From positions 1-42,458 of the forward strand of contig JAEELB010000031.1 of assembly GCA_016288705.1 (NCBI GenBank): 42,458 bases of DNA. The letters are read 5' to 3'. The stretch comes from Lachnospiraceae bacterium (GTDB lineage: Bacteria; Bacillota; Clostridia; Lachnospirales; Lachnospiraceae). Positions 16,623 to 26,638 of this stretch are shown here, piece after piece (the stretch's first letter is position 1; every line of letters begins with the position of its first letter). The notes below the pieces were generated by a model. The model did not search any database. It saw only the letters and a program-made list of their open reading frames with translations, and was not told the origin of the DNA. The translations under genes and the position numbers were made by a program.

Positions 16623-17696
16623 TCACGGCCTCACTCCAACGTTCAACATTATCTCTTTTGCTATATCGTCAAGATCTGCGATCTTGTCCGCGTACCCGTT
16701 TGTAACGATGTTCTTCGGCATCCCGTACACTGCGCAGGTGCTCTGGGACTGGGCTATGGTGTATAACTTCTTGTCCCGTCTCAGCTTGCCGATCCCTCTG
16801 GTGCCGTCCATCCCCATGCCGGTCATCACGACGCAGCATATCTCATCATAGGGGGCGCTGCTCAGGGATTCGTACATGTAATTCGCACAGGGCTTGACCC
16901 CTTCCCTGGGGGGCTCGTCGGAGTAATGGATCTTCACCGTCGTCCCCGCAGTCTGGACATTTAGATGCTGCCCGCCCTTCGCGATATATACATGTCCCTT
17001 TTCCAGCCTGTCGCCTTCGCATGCTTCCGTCACCGTGACCTCGCTCAGCTGGTTAAGCCTGTCCGCAAGGGACGCCGTGAAACCGGCCGGCATGTGCTGC
17101 ACCACCAGCATCGGCGCATCCATCTTCGCCGGGAGCTTGGGGATAACGCTCTGGAGAGCTTTCGGCCCCCCCGTGGATGATGCGAGAGCCACCAGCCTTC
17201 TGCCCGGTCTGGATGCAGGCGCCTGTATGGCGGGCGCCGGGCCGGAACTTCTGCGGGCTGAAGGCCTCCACGCTAACGCTGAAGGAGAAGCGTTCGCAGC
17301 GGTCTCCAGCAGGGAAATAAACCTGCTTATGAACATCTTGTCCCGATACTCGCTCTGATTCTCCGGCTTGTGGATGAAATCCACCGCTCCCAGTTCCAGA
17401 ACATCAAGGGTGATCTTCGCCCCCTCGACGGTATCGGTGCTTGACACGAGGATATTTGCCTTTATCCCGCGTCTCTTGAGTTCCTTCATGAACTCAAGCC
17501 CGTTCATCCGGGGCATGTTGATGTCGAGTACCACAACGTCATATTGCTTCTTTTCGAGATATTCAAGAGCGTATATCCCGTCTGCCGCCTTGTCTTCGAC
17601 CTTGAACTCCCCCGTGGATTCGATTATATCACATAGCACTCTTCTCATGAGTGCTGAATCATCCACCAACAAAACTTTTTTTTGACTTCCTGACAT
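16623..17696 (-). CDS. cheB: Chemotaxis response regulator protein-glutamate methylesterase CheB.
   Basis: REC 'KKVLLVDDSALMRR...VVLDINMPRMNG' plus methylesterase 'LVALASSTGGPKAL...LVVQHMPAGFT'. Start at the ATG of 'MSGSQKK' after AGGAGAG, 13 nt downstream of the PilZ stop. The track N-terminal extension (to 17783) overlaps the PilZ gene. Confidence 0.9.
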   Translation of the reverse strand: MSGSQKKVLLVDDSALMRRVLCDIIESTGEFKVEDKAADGIYALEYLEKKQYDVVVLDINMPRMNGLEFMKELKRRGIKANILVSSTDTVEGAKITLDVLELGAVDFIHKPENQSEYRDKMFISRFISLLETAANASPSALAWRPSARRSSGPAPAIQAPASRPGRRLVALASSTGGPKALQSVIPKLPAKMDAPMLVVQHMPAGFTASLADRLNQLSEVTVTEACEGDRLEKGHVYIAKGGQHLNVQTAGTTVKIHYSDEPPREGVKPCANYMYESLSSAPYDEICCVVMTGMGMDGTRGIGKLRRDKKLYTIAQSQSTCAVYGMPKNIVTNGYADKIADLDDIAKEIMLNVGVRP

Positions 17697-17709
17697 TTTT
17701 TCTCTCCTG

Positions 17710-18438
17710 TTAAACAGATTTTTTCCTGTGCATCCTTTCGGTATTGAAGATATACTTGATGATCTCCTCTCTGGTGTCATCATCTATGTTCACGTATTCC
17801 GCCCTGTGCTCATAACTGCCGGGGCGGCCCATGAGTTCGCCGGAGGCCAGTATCCTGGACACTATGTTATACCTTTTGGAGCCCCCGGGCATCATAAGGT
17901 CGTACCTCACTATCACCGTCTCCCCCACCGGATACTGGTAATCCGATACAAAGCGTATACCGCCTCCGCTTATGTCCACTATGATGCTCCGCTTAAGGGG
18001 AAGGCCGGGCTTGAGTTCGATATCCGTATCCCTGCTCTTCTCGGGGATCGTCTCATCCTCATCCAGGGATCTTGAGACCATGGAAAGGGAACAGCTGAGC
18101 CTGTAATACTCCCTCCGCTGATGCTTCCTGAGATTGCTGGTGAGCTTCATCACCAGAAGGTATATCCTGCCTTCCCTGTACCTGTCCTCCACCGTGGCGT
18201 AGCACTGGTAGAGGCCTCCGGGAGTGTAGAAATAAAGGTCGCATCTCTTTCCCACCGGCAGAAGCACCAGCTTCTCCTTTTCCGTAGGCATGTAGAGCGT
18301 GATCTCCTCATCCGAATCTATCTCATAGATCTGTGAGGTATAAGTCTGCTTCGAGGTTCCGGTTTCAGCTCCCAAAAGCTGTATATCCGTCTTGAAGCCC
18401 TCATTGATGAACTTTCTTAATATCCCTTTTTCGGCCAT
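17710..18438 (-). CDS. PilZ-domain protein with a YcgR-N-like N-terminal domain: putative c-di-GMP-responsive flagellar brake (YcgR/MotI/DgrA-like).
   Basis: PilZ motifs 'RREYYRLSCSLSM' (RxxxR) and 'DISGGGIRF' (D.SxGG). Start ATG directly abuts the flhG stop (TAAATG) with a GGTGGA ribosome-binding site. Confidence 0.8.
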   Translation of the reverse strand: MAEKGILRKFINEGFKTDIQLLGAETGTSKQTYTSQIYEIDSDEEITLYMPTEKEKLVLLPVGKRCDLYFYTPGGLYQCYATVEDRYREGRIYLLVMKLTSNLRKHQRREYYRLSCSLSMVSRSLDEDETIPEKSRDTDIELKPGLPLKRSIIVDISGGGIRFVSDYQYPVGETVIVRYDLMMPGGSKRYNIVSRILASGELMGRPGSYEHRAEYVNIDDDTREEIIKYIFNTERMHRKKSV

Positions 18439-19353
18439 TTATCCACCTTTTTTTCCAAATCTGAGCATCCGGGCGAAAAGCGCGGTGATACCCCTCGACT
18501 CCTGACCCAGGCCGGCCTCCTGGCCGGAGAGGAAGGACGCGATGGCCCCGTAGGCCAATGCGCTCTTTGAATCGGGAGCGCCGATAGATACCGGCTTCTG
18601 CTGCATCACAGCTTTCTCAAGCTGAGTGTCGTAAGGAACGCTTCCCAGATAGTTGATCTTGATCTCCAGATATCTGTTGACCACGGCATCAAGCTTCTGG
18701 AAAAGTTCTCTGCCCTCCTTCTCATTCTTCACTTTGTTTCCTATGAACCAGACAGTGGTGTCATTCTTTTCAAAATGCCTGTTCCTGCCGAGCGCCTTCA
18801 GAAGGGAGTAGGAATCCGTAATGGAAGCGGGCTCCGGCGTGGTGACCAGAAGGATCTCGGAACTTGAGAGCAGGAATTCCATAACGCTGTCGGATATCCC
18901 TGCCCCCGTGTCTATGATCAGCACGTCGGCCATGGAATCAAGCTTTGAAAGATTGTTTATGATCGTCTCCAGCTCCCTGCGGGAGAGGTTGGCCATATCC
19001 GCGATCCCGGACCCTCCGGAAATAAAACCTATGTCCATGGGGCCGTTGGTGATCACCTCTTTGATGTCCCTGCCGTTTTTGATCATATCATAAAGGCTGT
19101 ATTTCGGCACGGTGCCGAACATGACCTCGATATTGGCAAGTCCCAGATCCGCATCCAGGATTATCACCTTCTTACCCTGCTTTTTGAACTGGATGGCAAG
19201 GTTTATGGCGGTATTCGACTTGCCCACGCCGCCTTTGCCGCTGGTGACGGTGATGACCCTTGAAGCGGGGCGTTTCGAAACCGCTGTCTTTCCCGTATTT
19301 ACCAGGTTTCTGAGGTTTTCGGCCTGGTCTTTATTTTCCGCTGAAGCGCCCAT
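18439..19353 (-). CDS. flhG: MinD/ParA-type ATPase FlhG (YlxH), flagellar number/placement regulator.
   Basis: Deviant Walker A 'SGKGGVGKSNTAINLA', MinD-like fold. Located after flhF. Confidence 0.9.
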   Translation of the reverse strand: MGASAENKDQAENLRNLVNTGKTAVSKRPASRVITVTSGKGGVGKSNTAINLAIQFKKQGKKVIILDADLGLANIEVMFGTVPKYSLYDMIKNGRDIKEVITNGPMDIGFISGGSGIADMANLSRRELETIINNLSKLDSMADVLIIDTGAGISDSVMEFLLSSSEILLVTTPEPASITDSYSLLKALGRNRHFEKNDTTVWFIGNKVKNEKEGRELFQKLDAVVNRYLEIKINYLGSVPYDTQLEKAVMQQKPVSIGAPDSKSALAYGAIASFLSGQEAGLGQESRGITALFARMLRFGKKGG

Positions 19354-19355
19354 GC

Positions 19356-20612
19356 CTAATCCCTTCCGCCCAGGAGGATCTTCACCGTCTTCTGGGGATC
19401 GAAGACGTCTATGTCATCGGGAACGATCTGACCGTCGGTGACAAAGGCCACGTCTGCTCCGGTATGCATGTGCAGATTGTAGATGCAACCTATGGAGTCG
19501 GTCTCATCGAGTTTGGTGAATATCAGGTCGTACTTTGCAAGCTTTGAATATATGTCCGCGGTCTTCACCAGATCCTTGTATTTCGCCGTGACGCTGAGCA
19601 CCAGATACACCTTGGTATCGCACACCTCGTCCAGAGAATGCATTATGGCGTTCATGGCGTCCCTCTGTTCCTTGTTGTTCACGGAATGACCCGCGGTATC
19701 CACCAGGATGAAATCGTAATCCTTGAGGAGCGCGGCCTTTTCCCTCACCTCGTCGTCGGTGTAGACCACGTAAAACGGAGCCCCGAGAATATCCGCGTAG
19801 GTCCTCAGCTGCTCCACTGCCGCTATCCTGTAGGTGTCAGCCGTGAGGAGAGCGACCTTCTTTTTCTGGTCGATCATCATTCGGGAGGCGATCTTCGCAA
19901 TGGTAGTGGTCTTTCCCACACCCGTAGGCCCCACAAAGAAAAGCGCCCTGGGTCCCTTGTCGGAGGTCCTGAGGAGAGCGGGCCCGCCGAGTCTCAGTAT
20001 CAGCTTCTGATAGATGTCTTCGAGGGCGTGATCCACGTCCGTCCCCGGCTTCAGGTTCTTCTTCAGCTCTCCCACGGCCTGATCCACGTATTTGCCGTCG
20101 ATCTCGCTGTCGATAAGGGTCCCTCTCAAAATCTCGATGAATCTGTCGAGTTCGGAGTCTTCCTGCTTTTCTGGCTTTTTCTCTTCTGCAGGCTTCTCTT
20201 CTGACCTTTCGCCCTCGTCGGTGAGCCTTGATTTGAGCAGATCCTGCAGCTGGTCCAGTTTCTCCTCGATCTTCTCCGTGTCCGCCTTTTTGACGGAGGA
20301 TTCGGCTATGATGGAGGCCTGATTTTCCTTTTTCACGGGCTTTTCGTCCTCATTTACCACCTTCTTGATGGCCTGAAGGGCTTCCCTTATGTCCGCCTCG
20401 GACTTCTTCTGGGCCTCTTCCCTGTTTCTCTTTATCTCGTTGGCGTCCTCGACGGCGGCGGTGAGCTCGGTGTTCTTTTTGGAGAAAAGACCCAAAAGCC
20501 CTTTGCGTCTGATCTTTTTTACGCTCAGGACCACAAGGCCGTCGCCCAGTTCCTTCTTTGCCTGGGCAAGAGCCTGCTCTTCATCCTTTCCCGTAAATTT
20601 CTTGATGATCAT
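19356..20612 (-). CDS. flhF: Flagellar biosynthesis SRP-type GTPase FlhF.
   Basis: 'FVGPTGVGKTTTIAKIA', 'DTAGHS', SRP54-type G domain. N-terminal basic/acidic domain. Confidence 0.9.
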   Translation of the reverse strand: MIIKKFTGKDEEQALAQAKKELGDGLVVLSVKKIRRKGLLGLFSKKNTELTAAVEDANEIKRNREEAQKKSEADIREALQAIKKVVNEDEKPVKKENQASIIAESSVKKADTEKIEEKLDQLQDLLKSRLTDEGERSEEKPAEEKKPEKQEDSELDRFIEILRGTLIDSEIDGKYVDQAVGELKKNLKPGTDVDHALEDIYQKLILRLGGPALLRTSDKGPRALFFVGPTGVGKTTTIAKIASRMMIDQKKKVALLTADTYRIAAVEQLRTYADILGAPFYVVYTDDEVREKAALLKDYDFILVDTAGHSVNNKEQRDAMNAIMHSLDEVCDTKVYLVLSVTAKYKDLVKTADIYSKLAKYDLIFTKLDETDSIGCIYNLHMHTGADVAFVTDGQIVPDDIDVFDPQKTVKILLGGRD

Positions 20613-20629
20613 CCTTTAACCCGCCTATC

Positions 20630-22693
20630 TTACGCCGCCACGCTCCTGGGAGCAGTGATCATACCGACGGACTGGAGCTCCACATCGGACTCCACTTCGT
20701 TGTAGGATACCACTACCAGATCCTTGAAAAATTCCATGCTCATCTTTCTGAAATATATCCTTACAATGGGAGAAGTTACGACTATGGGACTTCTCCCCAG
20801 ATTCTGCAGTTTCTCGATCTGCTCCCTGACGCTGTCCATTATCTGCCTTGTCCTTGCGGGGTCAAGGGCCAGATAGGATCCCTGTTCCGTCTGCTTCACG
20901 GAAGACATTATCTCCTGCTCCAGCGCGGGATCGAGCGTCACCACCTGTGTGGTCTCGTTAGGTATAAAGTACCTGTTGGATATGGCCCTCTTCAGCGACT
21001 GGCGCACGTACTCGGTGAGGATGTCCGTATCCCTGGTGGTGGGAGCGTAATCCGCAAGAGTCTCGCAGATAGTCAGCAGATCCCTTATAGATATACCTTC
21101 TTCCAGCAGGTTCTGGAGCACCTTCTGCACCTCCCCGAGACCGAGGAGTTTGGGCACCAGCTCGTCCACGATGGAGGGATTGGTCTCTTTCAGGTTGTCT
21201 ATGAGGTTCTGCACGTCCTGCCTGGTGAGAAGCTCCGCGATATGCTCTCTTATGATCTCGGTGAGATGTGTTGCGATTATGGACGGAGGATCCACCACGG
21301 TATAACCCACGCTCTCCGCTCTCTCCCTCTGGCTCTCGGTGATCCAGATGGCGGGCAGATGGAAGGAAGGCTCGAAAGTCTCGATACCGGTGATCTCCTC
21401 CTCCACGAACCCGGGATTCATGGCCATGTAGTGGTCAAAGAGTATCTCTCCCTCGCTGACCTGGACTCCCTTGACCTTTATTATGTACTGGTTCGGATTC
21501 AGCTGGATATTGTCCCTGAGTCTGATGATGGGGACCACGGTACCCAGTTCAAGGGCTATCTGCCGCCTGATCATGACGACCCTGTCCAGAAGGTCCCCGC
21601 CCTGATTCACATCGGCGAGAGGAATGATGCCGTATCCGAACTCGAGTTCAATGGGATCCACCTGAAGGAGACTTGTGACATTCTCGGGAGCTCGGACTTC
21701 CTCCACTTCCTTTTCCTCCTCCAGAACGGAAGCGTCCACTCCGGCGGTCTTTATCGTCCTGCTCATGGACCGGGCGGCTATTATGAACATCCCGCCCATG
21801 ACGAACATGAGTATTGTGTTCAGAGGGGTCACTATACCGAGTCCTATGAGGATCCCTCCCACCAGCATAAGCACCTTGGGTATCCCGAAGAGCTGGCTTA
21901 AAAGAGTGGAGCCGAAATCGGCAGCCTTCGAACCCTTTGTCACCAGTATGCCGGTGGCAAGGGATATGGCAAGGCTCGGTATCTGCCCCACAAGTCCGTC
22001 ACCTATGGTCAGTATCATGTATTTCTGGGCAGCCTCTCCCGCGGTCATGCCCAGCTGGGTGATACCCATCACCAGACCACCCACTATGTTGATGGCGGTG
22101 ATGATAAGGGATGCGGTTGCGTCTCCCTTAACGTACTTCGTGGCACCGTCCATGGCTCCGAAAAATGAGGCTTCCTCCTGGATCTTCGCACGCCTCTCAA
22201 GGGCTTCCTTGTCGGTGATGGCTCCGGTATTCAGGTCGGCGTCAATGGCCATCTGTTTACCGGGCATGGCGTCCAGAGTGAATCTGGCAGTCACCTCGGA
22301 CACACGCTCCGAGCCTTTATTGATAACGACGAACTGGACGATTATGAGGAGGATGAAAATGATTATACCTACGATCAGGTTTCCTCCGCCCACAAAATCG
22401 CCGAAGACCCTGACCACATTTCCGGGATCCCCGGTGGTCAGTATGAGCCTTGTGGACGAAACATTCAGAGCTATCCTGAAAATGGTGGTGAACAGGAGGA
22501 TCGTGGGATACATGGACATCGAAAGGACTTCCTCGGCAAACATGGAGGTAAACAGGATGGTAAATCCCACGGCTATGTCAAGGGTCAGCAGGATATCGAG
22601 GAGCTCCTTGGGCACGGGCACAATGAGCATGATAAATGCGGACAGCATGTAAAGCGCCACAAATACATCGCCCTTCGGCAGCCTTTTAAGCAT
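20630..22693 (-). CDS. flhA: Flagellar type III export apparatus protein FlhA.
   Basis: 687 aa. N-terminal 8-TM domain, FHIPEP motifs, cytoplasmic C-terminal domain. Confidence 0.95.
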   Translation of the reverse strand: MLKRLPKGDVFVALYMLSAFIMLIVPVPKELLDILLTLDIAVGFTILFTSMFAEEVLSMSMYPTILLFTTIFRIALNVSSTRLILTTGDPGNVVRVFGDFVGGGNLIVGIIIFILLIIVQFVVINKGSERVSEVTARFTLDAMPGKQMAIDADLNTGAITDKEALERRAKIQEEASFFGAMDGATKYVKGDATASLIITAINIVGGLVMGITQLGMTAGEAAQKYMILTIGDGLVGQIPSLAISLATGILVTKGSKAADFGSTLLSQLFGIPKVLMLVGGILIGLGIVTPLNTILMFVMGGMFIIAARSMSRTIKTAGVDASVLEEEKEVEEVRAPENVTSLLQVDPIELEFGYGIIPLADVNQGGDLLDRVVMIRRQIALELGTVVPIIRLRDNIQLNPNQYIIKVKGVQVSEGEILFDHYMAMNPGFVEEEITGIETFEPSFHLPAIWITESQRERAESVGYTVVDPPSIIATHLTEIIREHIAELLTRQDVQNLIDNLKETNPSIVDELVPKLLGLGEVQKVLQNLLEEGISIRDLLTICETLADYAPTTRDTDILTEYVRQSLKRAISNRYFIPNETTQVVTLDPALEQEIMSSVKQTEQGSYLALDPARTRQIMDSVREQIEKLQNLGRSPIVVTSPIVRIYFRKMSMEFFKDLVVVSYNEVESDVELQSVGMITAPRSVAA

Positions 22694-22771
22694 AAGCCTC
22701 CTCCTTTCCCTCAGTCTTTCGGGCTTCCCGCCTTCAGAAGGTCCGTATCACGCGCATACGGGCCCCGGAGA

Positions 22772-23881
22772 TCATATCCTCCCCTTCAGATGATACACGT
22801 AAGCGAGGATTTCCGCAACTGCCTGATATAATTCCGGGGGGACGCTCTCCCCTATCTCGACATTTGCGTAAAGCGTTCTGGCAAGGGGCTTGTTCTCCAC
22901 GATCTCGATCTCATGCTCCCTTGCGGTTTCCTTTATCTTCTGCGCCAGGAAATCAGCCCCCTTTGCCACCACAAAGGGCGCGTCCGTCACGTTCTGGTCA
23001 TATTTCAGCGCCACGGCATAGTGGGTGGGGTTCGTAATGACCACGTCCGCCTCGGGCAGGGCCTGCATCATCCTCCGCCTGGAGGCCTCCTGCATCCTTC
23101 GCCTCTGCTGTCCTTTTATCTGGGGGTCTCCCTCGGTGTTCTTGTACTCGTCCTTGACCTCCTGCTTGGTCATCTTAACGTCTTCCTTAAATCTGTATTT
23201 TTCCCAAACGTAATCCGCCGCGGCTATGATGATATAAAAGGCCGCTATCCTCAGCCCTACGTCCACCACGATCCGGCTTATCAGGCTTATGGCCCCCATC
23301 AGCGGCAGATCGTACAGGAGCAGGATCTCATTGATCCTGTCCTTCAGATAACTGTACACCACATAAGAAATAAGGGCGATCTTCATGAAGGACTTGACCA
23401 CCTCCATCAGCGTCTGGGGCGAGAAAAGCCTCGAAAAACCGTTCAGGGGATTGAGTTTGCTGAACTTGGGCTCCAGGGGTTTTGTGGTGATCTTCCACTT
23501 GACCTGCAACAGGTTCACGACAAAGACCACCGCAAAGGACGCCAGCATCAGAGGCACCAGCATCTTCAGGATCTCCACAACGGAGGTGGTGAAAAGGGCG
23601 TCAAGGGTGTTTAACGGGATGAAGCCGTCGGGATTGGCGGTCACGGCCGGGAACTTCCCGTAGACATATCTCATCAGATTCAGGAACCCCGTCCCGAAGC
23701 CGGCGTACATGATCCTGAGCATGACGAAGAGCGTGAGAAGGGTGGCAGCGTTGCCGATCTCCTTGGACTTTGCAACCTTGCCCTCTTTCCGGGTATCTTC
23801 CAGCTTTTTTGCGGTGGGTTCCTCGGTCTTCTCACCTCCGGCGCCCTCTTTCGCGAAAAGCTGAAGCTCATATTTCAGCAT
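22772..23881 (-). CDS. flhB: Flagellar export apparatus protein FlhB (autocleaving substrate-specificity switch).
   Basis: 'NPTHYAVAL' NPTH autocleavage motif. 4 TM N-terminal domain. Confidence 0.95.
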   Translation of the reverse strand: MLKYELQLFAKEGAGGEKTEEPTAKKLEDTRKEGKVAKSKEIGNAATLLTLFVMLRIMYAGFGTGFLNLMRYVYGKFPAVTANPDGFIPLNTLDALFTTSVVEILKMLVPLMLASFAVVFVVNLLQVKWKITTKPLEPKFSKLNPLNGFSRLFSPQTLMEVVKSFMKIALISYVVYSYLKDRINEILLLYDLPLMGAISLISRIVVDVGLRIAAFYIIIAAADYVWEKYRFKEDVKMTKQEVKDEYKNTEGDPQIKGQQRRRMQEASRRRMMQALPEADVVITNPTHYAVALKYDQNVTDAPFVVAKGADFLAQKIKETAREHEIEIVENKPLARTLYANVEIGESVPPELYQAVAEILAYVYHLKGRI

Positions 23882-24663
23882 TATCTCATGCCCTCAATGA
23901 TGGATACCGTCATCTTCCTCATCTCCGAAAAGATCATATCCGACGCGCCCGGGAGTATGCTGATGGATATAAGGAGCGCTCCCAGGCCCAGCAGTATCTT
24001 TATCTGTATGCCCACCACGAACATGTTCAGCTGGGGAGCCACCTTGGCCAGGATCCCCAGGATGCAGTTGACCAGGAGCGTGGTGCAGAAAACAGGCAGC
24101 GCGATCCTGAATCCTATGATCAGATAGTCGTGCATGAACATTATCATCGACGATGTGAGGGAATCCGTATTGAACACGGCCCCGTTCACCGGAATGAGCG
24201 AATAAGTGTCTACCAGGGCGCTTATGAGGTACCTGTGCATGCCCGTGGCGATCAGCATCAGCATAAATGCGTAATTGTAAAGCATTCCCGTGATGGAGGT
24301 CTGCTGTCTCGTGGTGACGTCCATCTCATTTACCATGGACATCCCCGTTCCCGTATCCACCATGTGTCCCGAAAAAGCCGCCACATTTGTGCACATCATC
24401 GTGGAAAACCCAAGGAGCAGCCCGGTCACGGCTTCCTTCATGACCACGATGGCAAAACCCAGGACCCCGTCGTAATACAGCACCACTTTCGGCACCGATC
24501 CGAAAATAAGGACGGACAGAGCCATTCCGAAGCCCAGTTTGAACCGGTTGGGAGGAGTGCCGTTCATACCGTAGAACGGCGCCACAAACATAAAGCTTGT
24601 CACCCGTACCAGTATAAGGGCAAAGTATTCCACATCCCCGTAGGTAAAGCTTACGTCAAGCAT
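23881..24663 (-). CDS. fliR: Flagellar export apparatus protein FliR.
   Basis: 260 aa polytopic membrane protein, at the conserved position between fliQ and flhB. Confidence 0.9.
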   Translation of the reverse strand: MLDVSFTYGDVEYFALILVRVTSFMFVAPFYGMNGTPPNRFKLGFGMALSVLIFGSVPKVVLYYDGVLGFAIVVMKEAVTGLLLGFSTMMCTNVAAFSGHMVDTGTGMSMVNEMDVTTRQQTSITGMLYNYAFMLMLIATGMHRYLISALVDTYSLIPVNGAVFNTDSLTSSMIMFMHDYLIIGFRIALPVFCTTLLVNCILGILAKVAPQLNMFVVGIQIKILLGLGALLISISILPGASDMIFSEMRKMTVSIIEGMR

Positions 24664-24689
24664 TCGGTCTCACCCCGGCCAAAACCTCG

Positions 24690-24959
24690 TCACCTGATAT
24701 ACAGGGCAAAATCGGACCAGAGGCCGGTCATGTATTCGGTCATGTTTCCCAGCATCCAGTGCCCCAGCAGCATGATGACGATGAAGATCGAGAGGAACTT
24801 CGGCACAAAAGTAAGAGTCTGCTCCTGAATGGAGGTGATGGTCTGAAAGATACTCACTATGAGTCCGACAATAAGGGATATGCCCAAAACCGGGGCCGCG
24901 GTCTTTATGACGCAGAACAGCGCGTCGGACACTATCACTTTAACATCATCAACAGTCAC
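24690..24959 (-). CDS. fliQ: Flagellar export apparatus protein FliQ.
   Basis: 89 aa, two TM, 'AAPVLGISLIVGLIVSIFQ'. Confidence 0.9.
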   Translation of the reverse strand: MTVDDVKVIVSDALFCVIKTAAPVLGISLIVGLIVSIFQTITSIQEQTLTFVPKFLSIFIVIMLLGHWMLGNMTEYMTGLWSDFALYIR

Positions 24960-25004
24960 GGTTCCTCCTTTCCGCAGATCGATCCGTCAAGGCGCGCCTC
25001 ATCC

Positions 25005-25871
25005 TCAGTAGAAGGTGCGCACCAGATTTCCTATCACAAGATTCCAGCCGTCCGCCATGACGAAGAGCAGTATCTTAAACGGCGCCGATATGGTCGTTGG
25101 CGGAAGCATCATCATTCCCATGCTCATCAGGGTGGAAGCCACCACCATGTCTATGACGATGAAGGGAATGTAAATGAGAAAGCCGATGATGAACGAGGTC
25201 CTGAGTTCGCTCACCACAAAGCTCGGCACCAGCACGGCGGTAGGTATGGACTCGAGGGAGCCGTCCCATTCAGTGTGATTGATCTCCATGAACATGGTCA
25301 CGTCCCTGATCTGGGTCTGGCCGTACATGAACTCACGGAAGGGATCCAGAGCCTTTTCCATGAACTCATCCTGCTCAATCTGTCCGCTCTCAAAGGGCTG
25401 GACCGCCTCGTTATAGACCTGGGTGAAAACAGGCTGCATTATGAAAAAAGTGAGGAAAAGCGCAAGCCCGATCAGCACGTTGTTCGGAGGCGCCGTCTGT
25501 GTTCCGAGAGCCATCCTTGTGAAATGGAGCACCACTATGGTCCTGGTGAAGGACGTCAGCATCACCAGAAGGAGCGGCGCCAGGGTCATGAGCGTAAGGA
25601 TGATCAGTATCCTCAGGGCTCCGTTCAGACTGCCGTTTCCGTTATTTATGGTAATGGTGACGTCATTACCTATATTGGTCTCTGCAAGCGCCTCAGGGTC
25701 CTCGGAAGCCCCCGGCTCGTTGATATTGGTCCGGTTGTCTTCCTCGCCGGTGAGAGGCCGGTCGATCATGGTGTCCTCTCTGGCGGCCTGTACCTGTAAC
25801 GGGCTTATAATGCAGAATATGCCTGCTATCATAAGCAGGCATATGATCATCCTAATTTTTCTCATTATCAT
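25005..25871 (-). CDS. fliP: Flagellar export apparatus protein FliP, with signal peptide.
   Basis: Conserved 'LTSFTRIVVVL'-type core ('MLTSFTRTIVVLHFTRMALG'). Start moved to 'MIMRKIRMII' after GGAGACAG. The track start 25898 overlaps fliO. Confidence 0.9.
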   Translation of the reverse strand: MIMRKIRMIICLLMIAGIFCIISPLQVQAAREDTMIDRPLTGEEDNRTNINEPGASEDPEALAETNIGNDVTITINNGNGSLNGALRILIILTLMTLAPLLLVMLTSFTRTIVVLHFTRMALGTQTAPPNNVLIGLALFLTFFIMQPVFTQVYNEAVQPFESGQIEQDEFMEKALDPFREFMYGQTQIRDVTMFMEINHTEWDGSLESIPTAVLVPSFVVSELRTSFIIGFLIYIPFIVIDMVVASTLMSMGMMMLPPTTISAPFKILLFVMADGWNLVIGNLVRTFY

Positions 25872-26256
25872 CTGTCTCCGGCTTCCCTCCGGAGCCACGT
25901 TCCTTTATGGTCGACAGTATCTCCTTAAAACTCAGGGCCGGACGTTCGGGAGTTTCCTCACGGGGAGTCAGATCTTCGGGAGAAAGGTCGGTTAAGAAAC
26001 TGACGGTGTCCTTGCACAAAGCCACAGCCACATACCTGCTCCCTATTCTCAGCACCTGAACGTATTTGTTAGGCGCGATCCTGCACGTCTCGATCACCTC
26101 GACGTCCGTTCCGGAAAGTTTCCCCTTTTCGTAGCCGGCTATCCATCTGGTGGCCAGGTAAGTCATGCCCAGCACCAGAATGAAGATGATGACTACCGTC
26201 AGAAACTGCAGGACCGAATCCGTTCGCCCGTGAGCGCCGGCGGAAAGAAGGCTCAA
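25852..26256 (-). CDS. fliO: Flagellar biosynthesis protein FliO (FliZ in B. subtilis).
   Basis: Single TM 'VLQFLTVVIIFILVLGMTYLA' followed by the FliO core 'VEVIETCRIAPNKYVQVLRIGSRYVAVALCKD'. TTG start overlapping the cheY stop, with AAGAAGG upstream. Confidence 0.7.
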   Translation of the reverse strand: MSLLSAGAHGRTDSVLQFLTVVIIFILVLGMTYLATRWIAGYEKGKLSGTDVEVIETCRIAPNKYVQVLRIGSRYVAVALCKDTVSFLTDLSPEDLTPREETPERPALSFKEILSTIKERGSGGKPETDDNEKN

Positions 26257-26615
26257 CCTACGGCCTTCTTAACAGCCTCCAGAACCCTGTCCGCCTGGAA
26301 GGGCTTAACTATGAAGTCTTTGGCTCCGGACTGGATGGACTCTATGACCATAGCCTGCTGACCCATAGCGGAGCACATGATAACCGTGGCCTTGGGATCT
26401 CCGCCCTTGATCTTCTTCAGTGCCTGAATACCATCCAGCTCGGGCATGGTAATGTCCATCAGAACAAGATCAGGCTTCAGTTCAGAGTACATCTCAACTG
26501 CCTTTGCACCGTTTTCCGCTTCCCCTACGACCGTGTATCCGGCCTTGGTGAGGATGTCCTTTATCATCATCCTCATGAAAGCGGCGTCATCGCATACCAG
26601 AATGTTCTTTGCCAT
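26253..26615 (-). CDS. cheY: Chemotaxis response regulator CheY.
   Basis: 120 aa REC: 'ILVCDDAAFMR', 'LVLMDITMPELDG', 'CSAMG'. Confidence 0.9.
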   Translation of the reverse strand: MAKNILVCDDAAFMRMMIKDILTKAGYTVVGEAENGAKAVEMYSELKPDLVLMDITMPELDGIQALKKIKGGDPKATVIMCSAMGQQAMVIESIQSGAKDFIVKPFQADRVLEAVKKAVG

Positions 26616-26638
26616 TTTCTTCTCCTATGAATGCTGGT

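Noticed and set aside
16623-17783. Track N-terminal extensions of cheB (to 17783), cheW (to 14446), fliP (to 25898), flgE (to 33148), fliF (to 42295), pheA (to 4328) and fapA (to 11390).
   Set aside because: The extended starts are GTG/TTG or lack a Shine-Dalgarno sequence, and they overlap upstream genes. Internal ATGs with strong ribosome-binding sites (AGGAGAG, GAGGAGGGG, GGAGGAGG etc.) give the canonical N-termini, so shorter starts were used.
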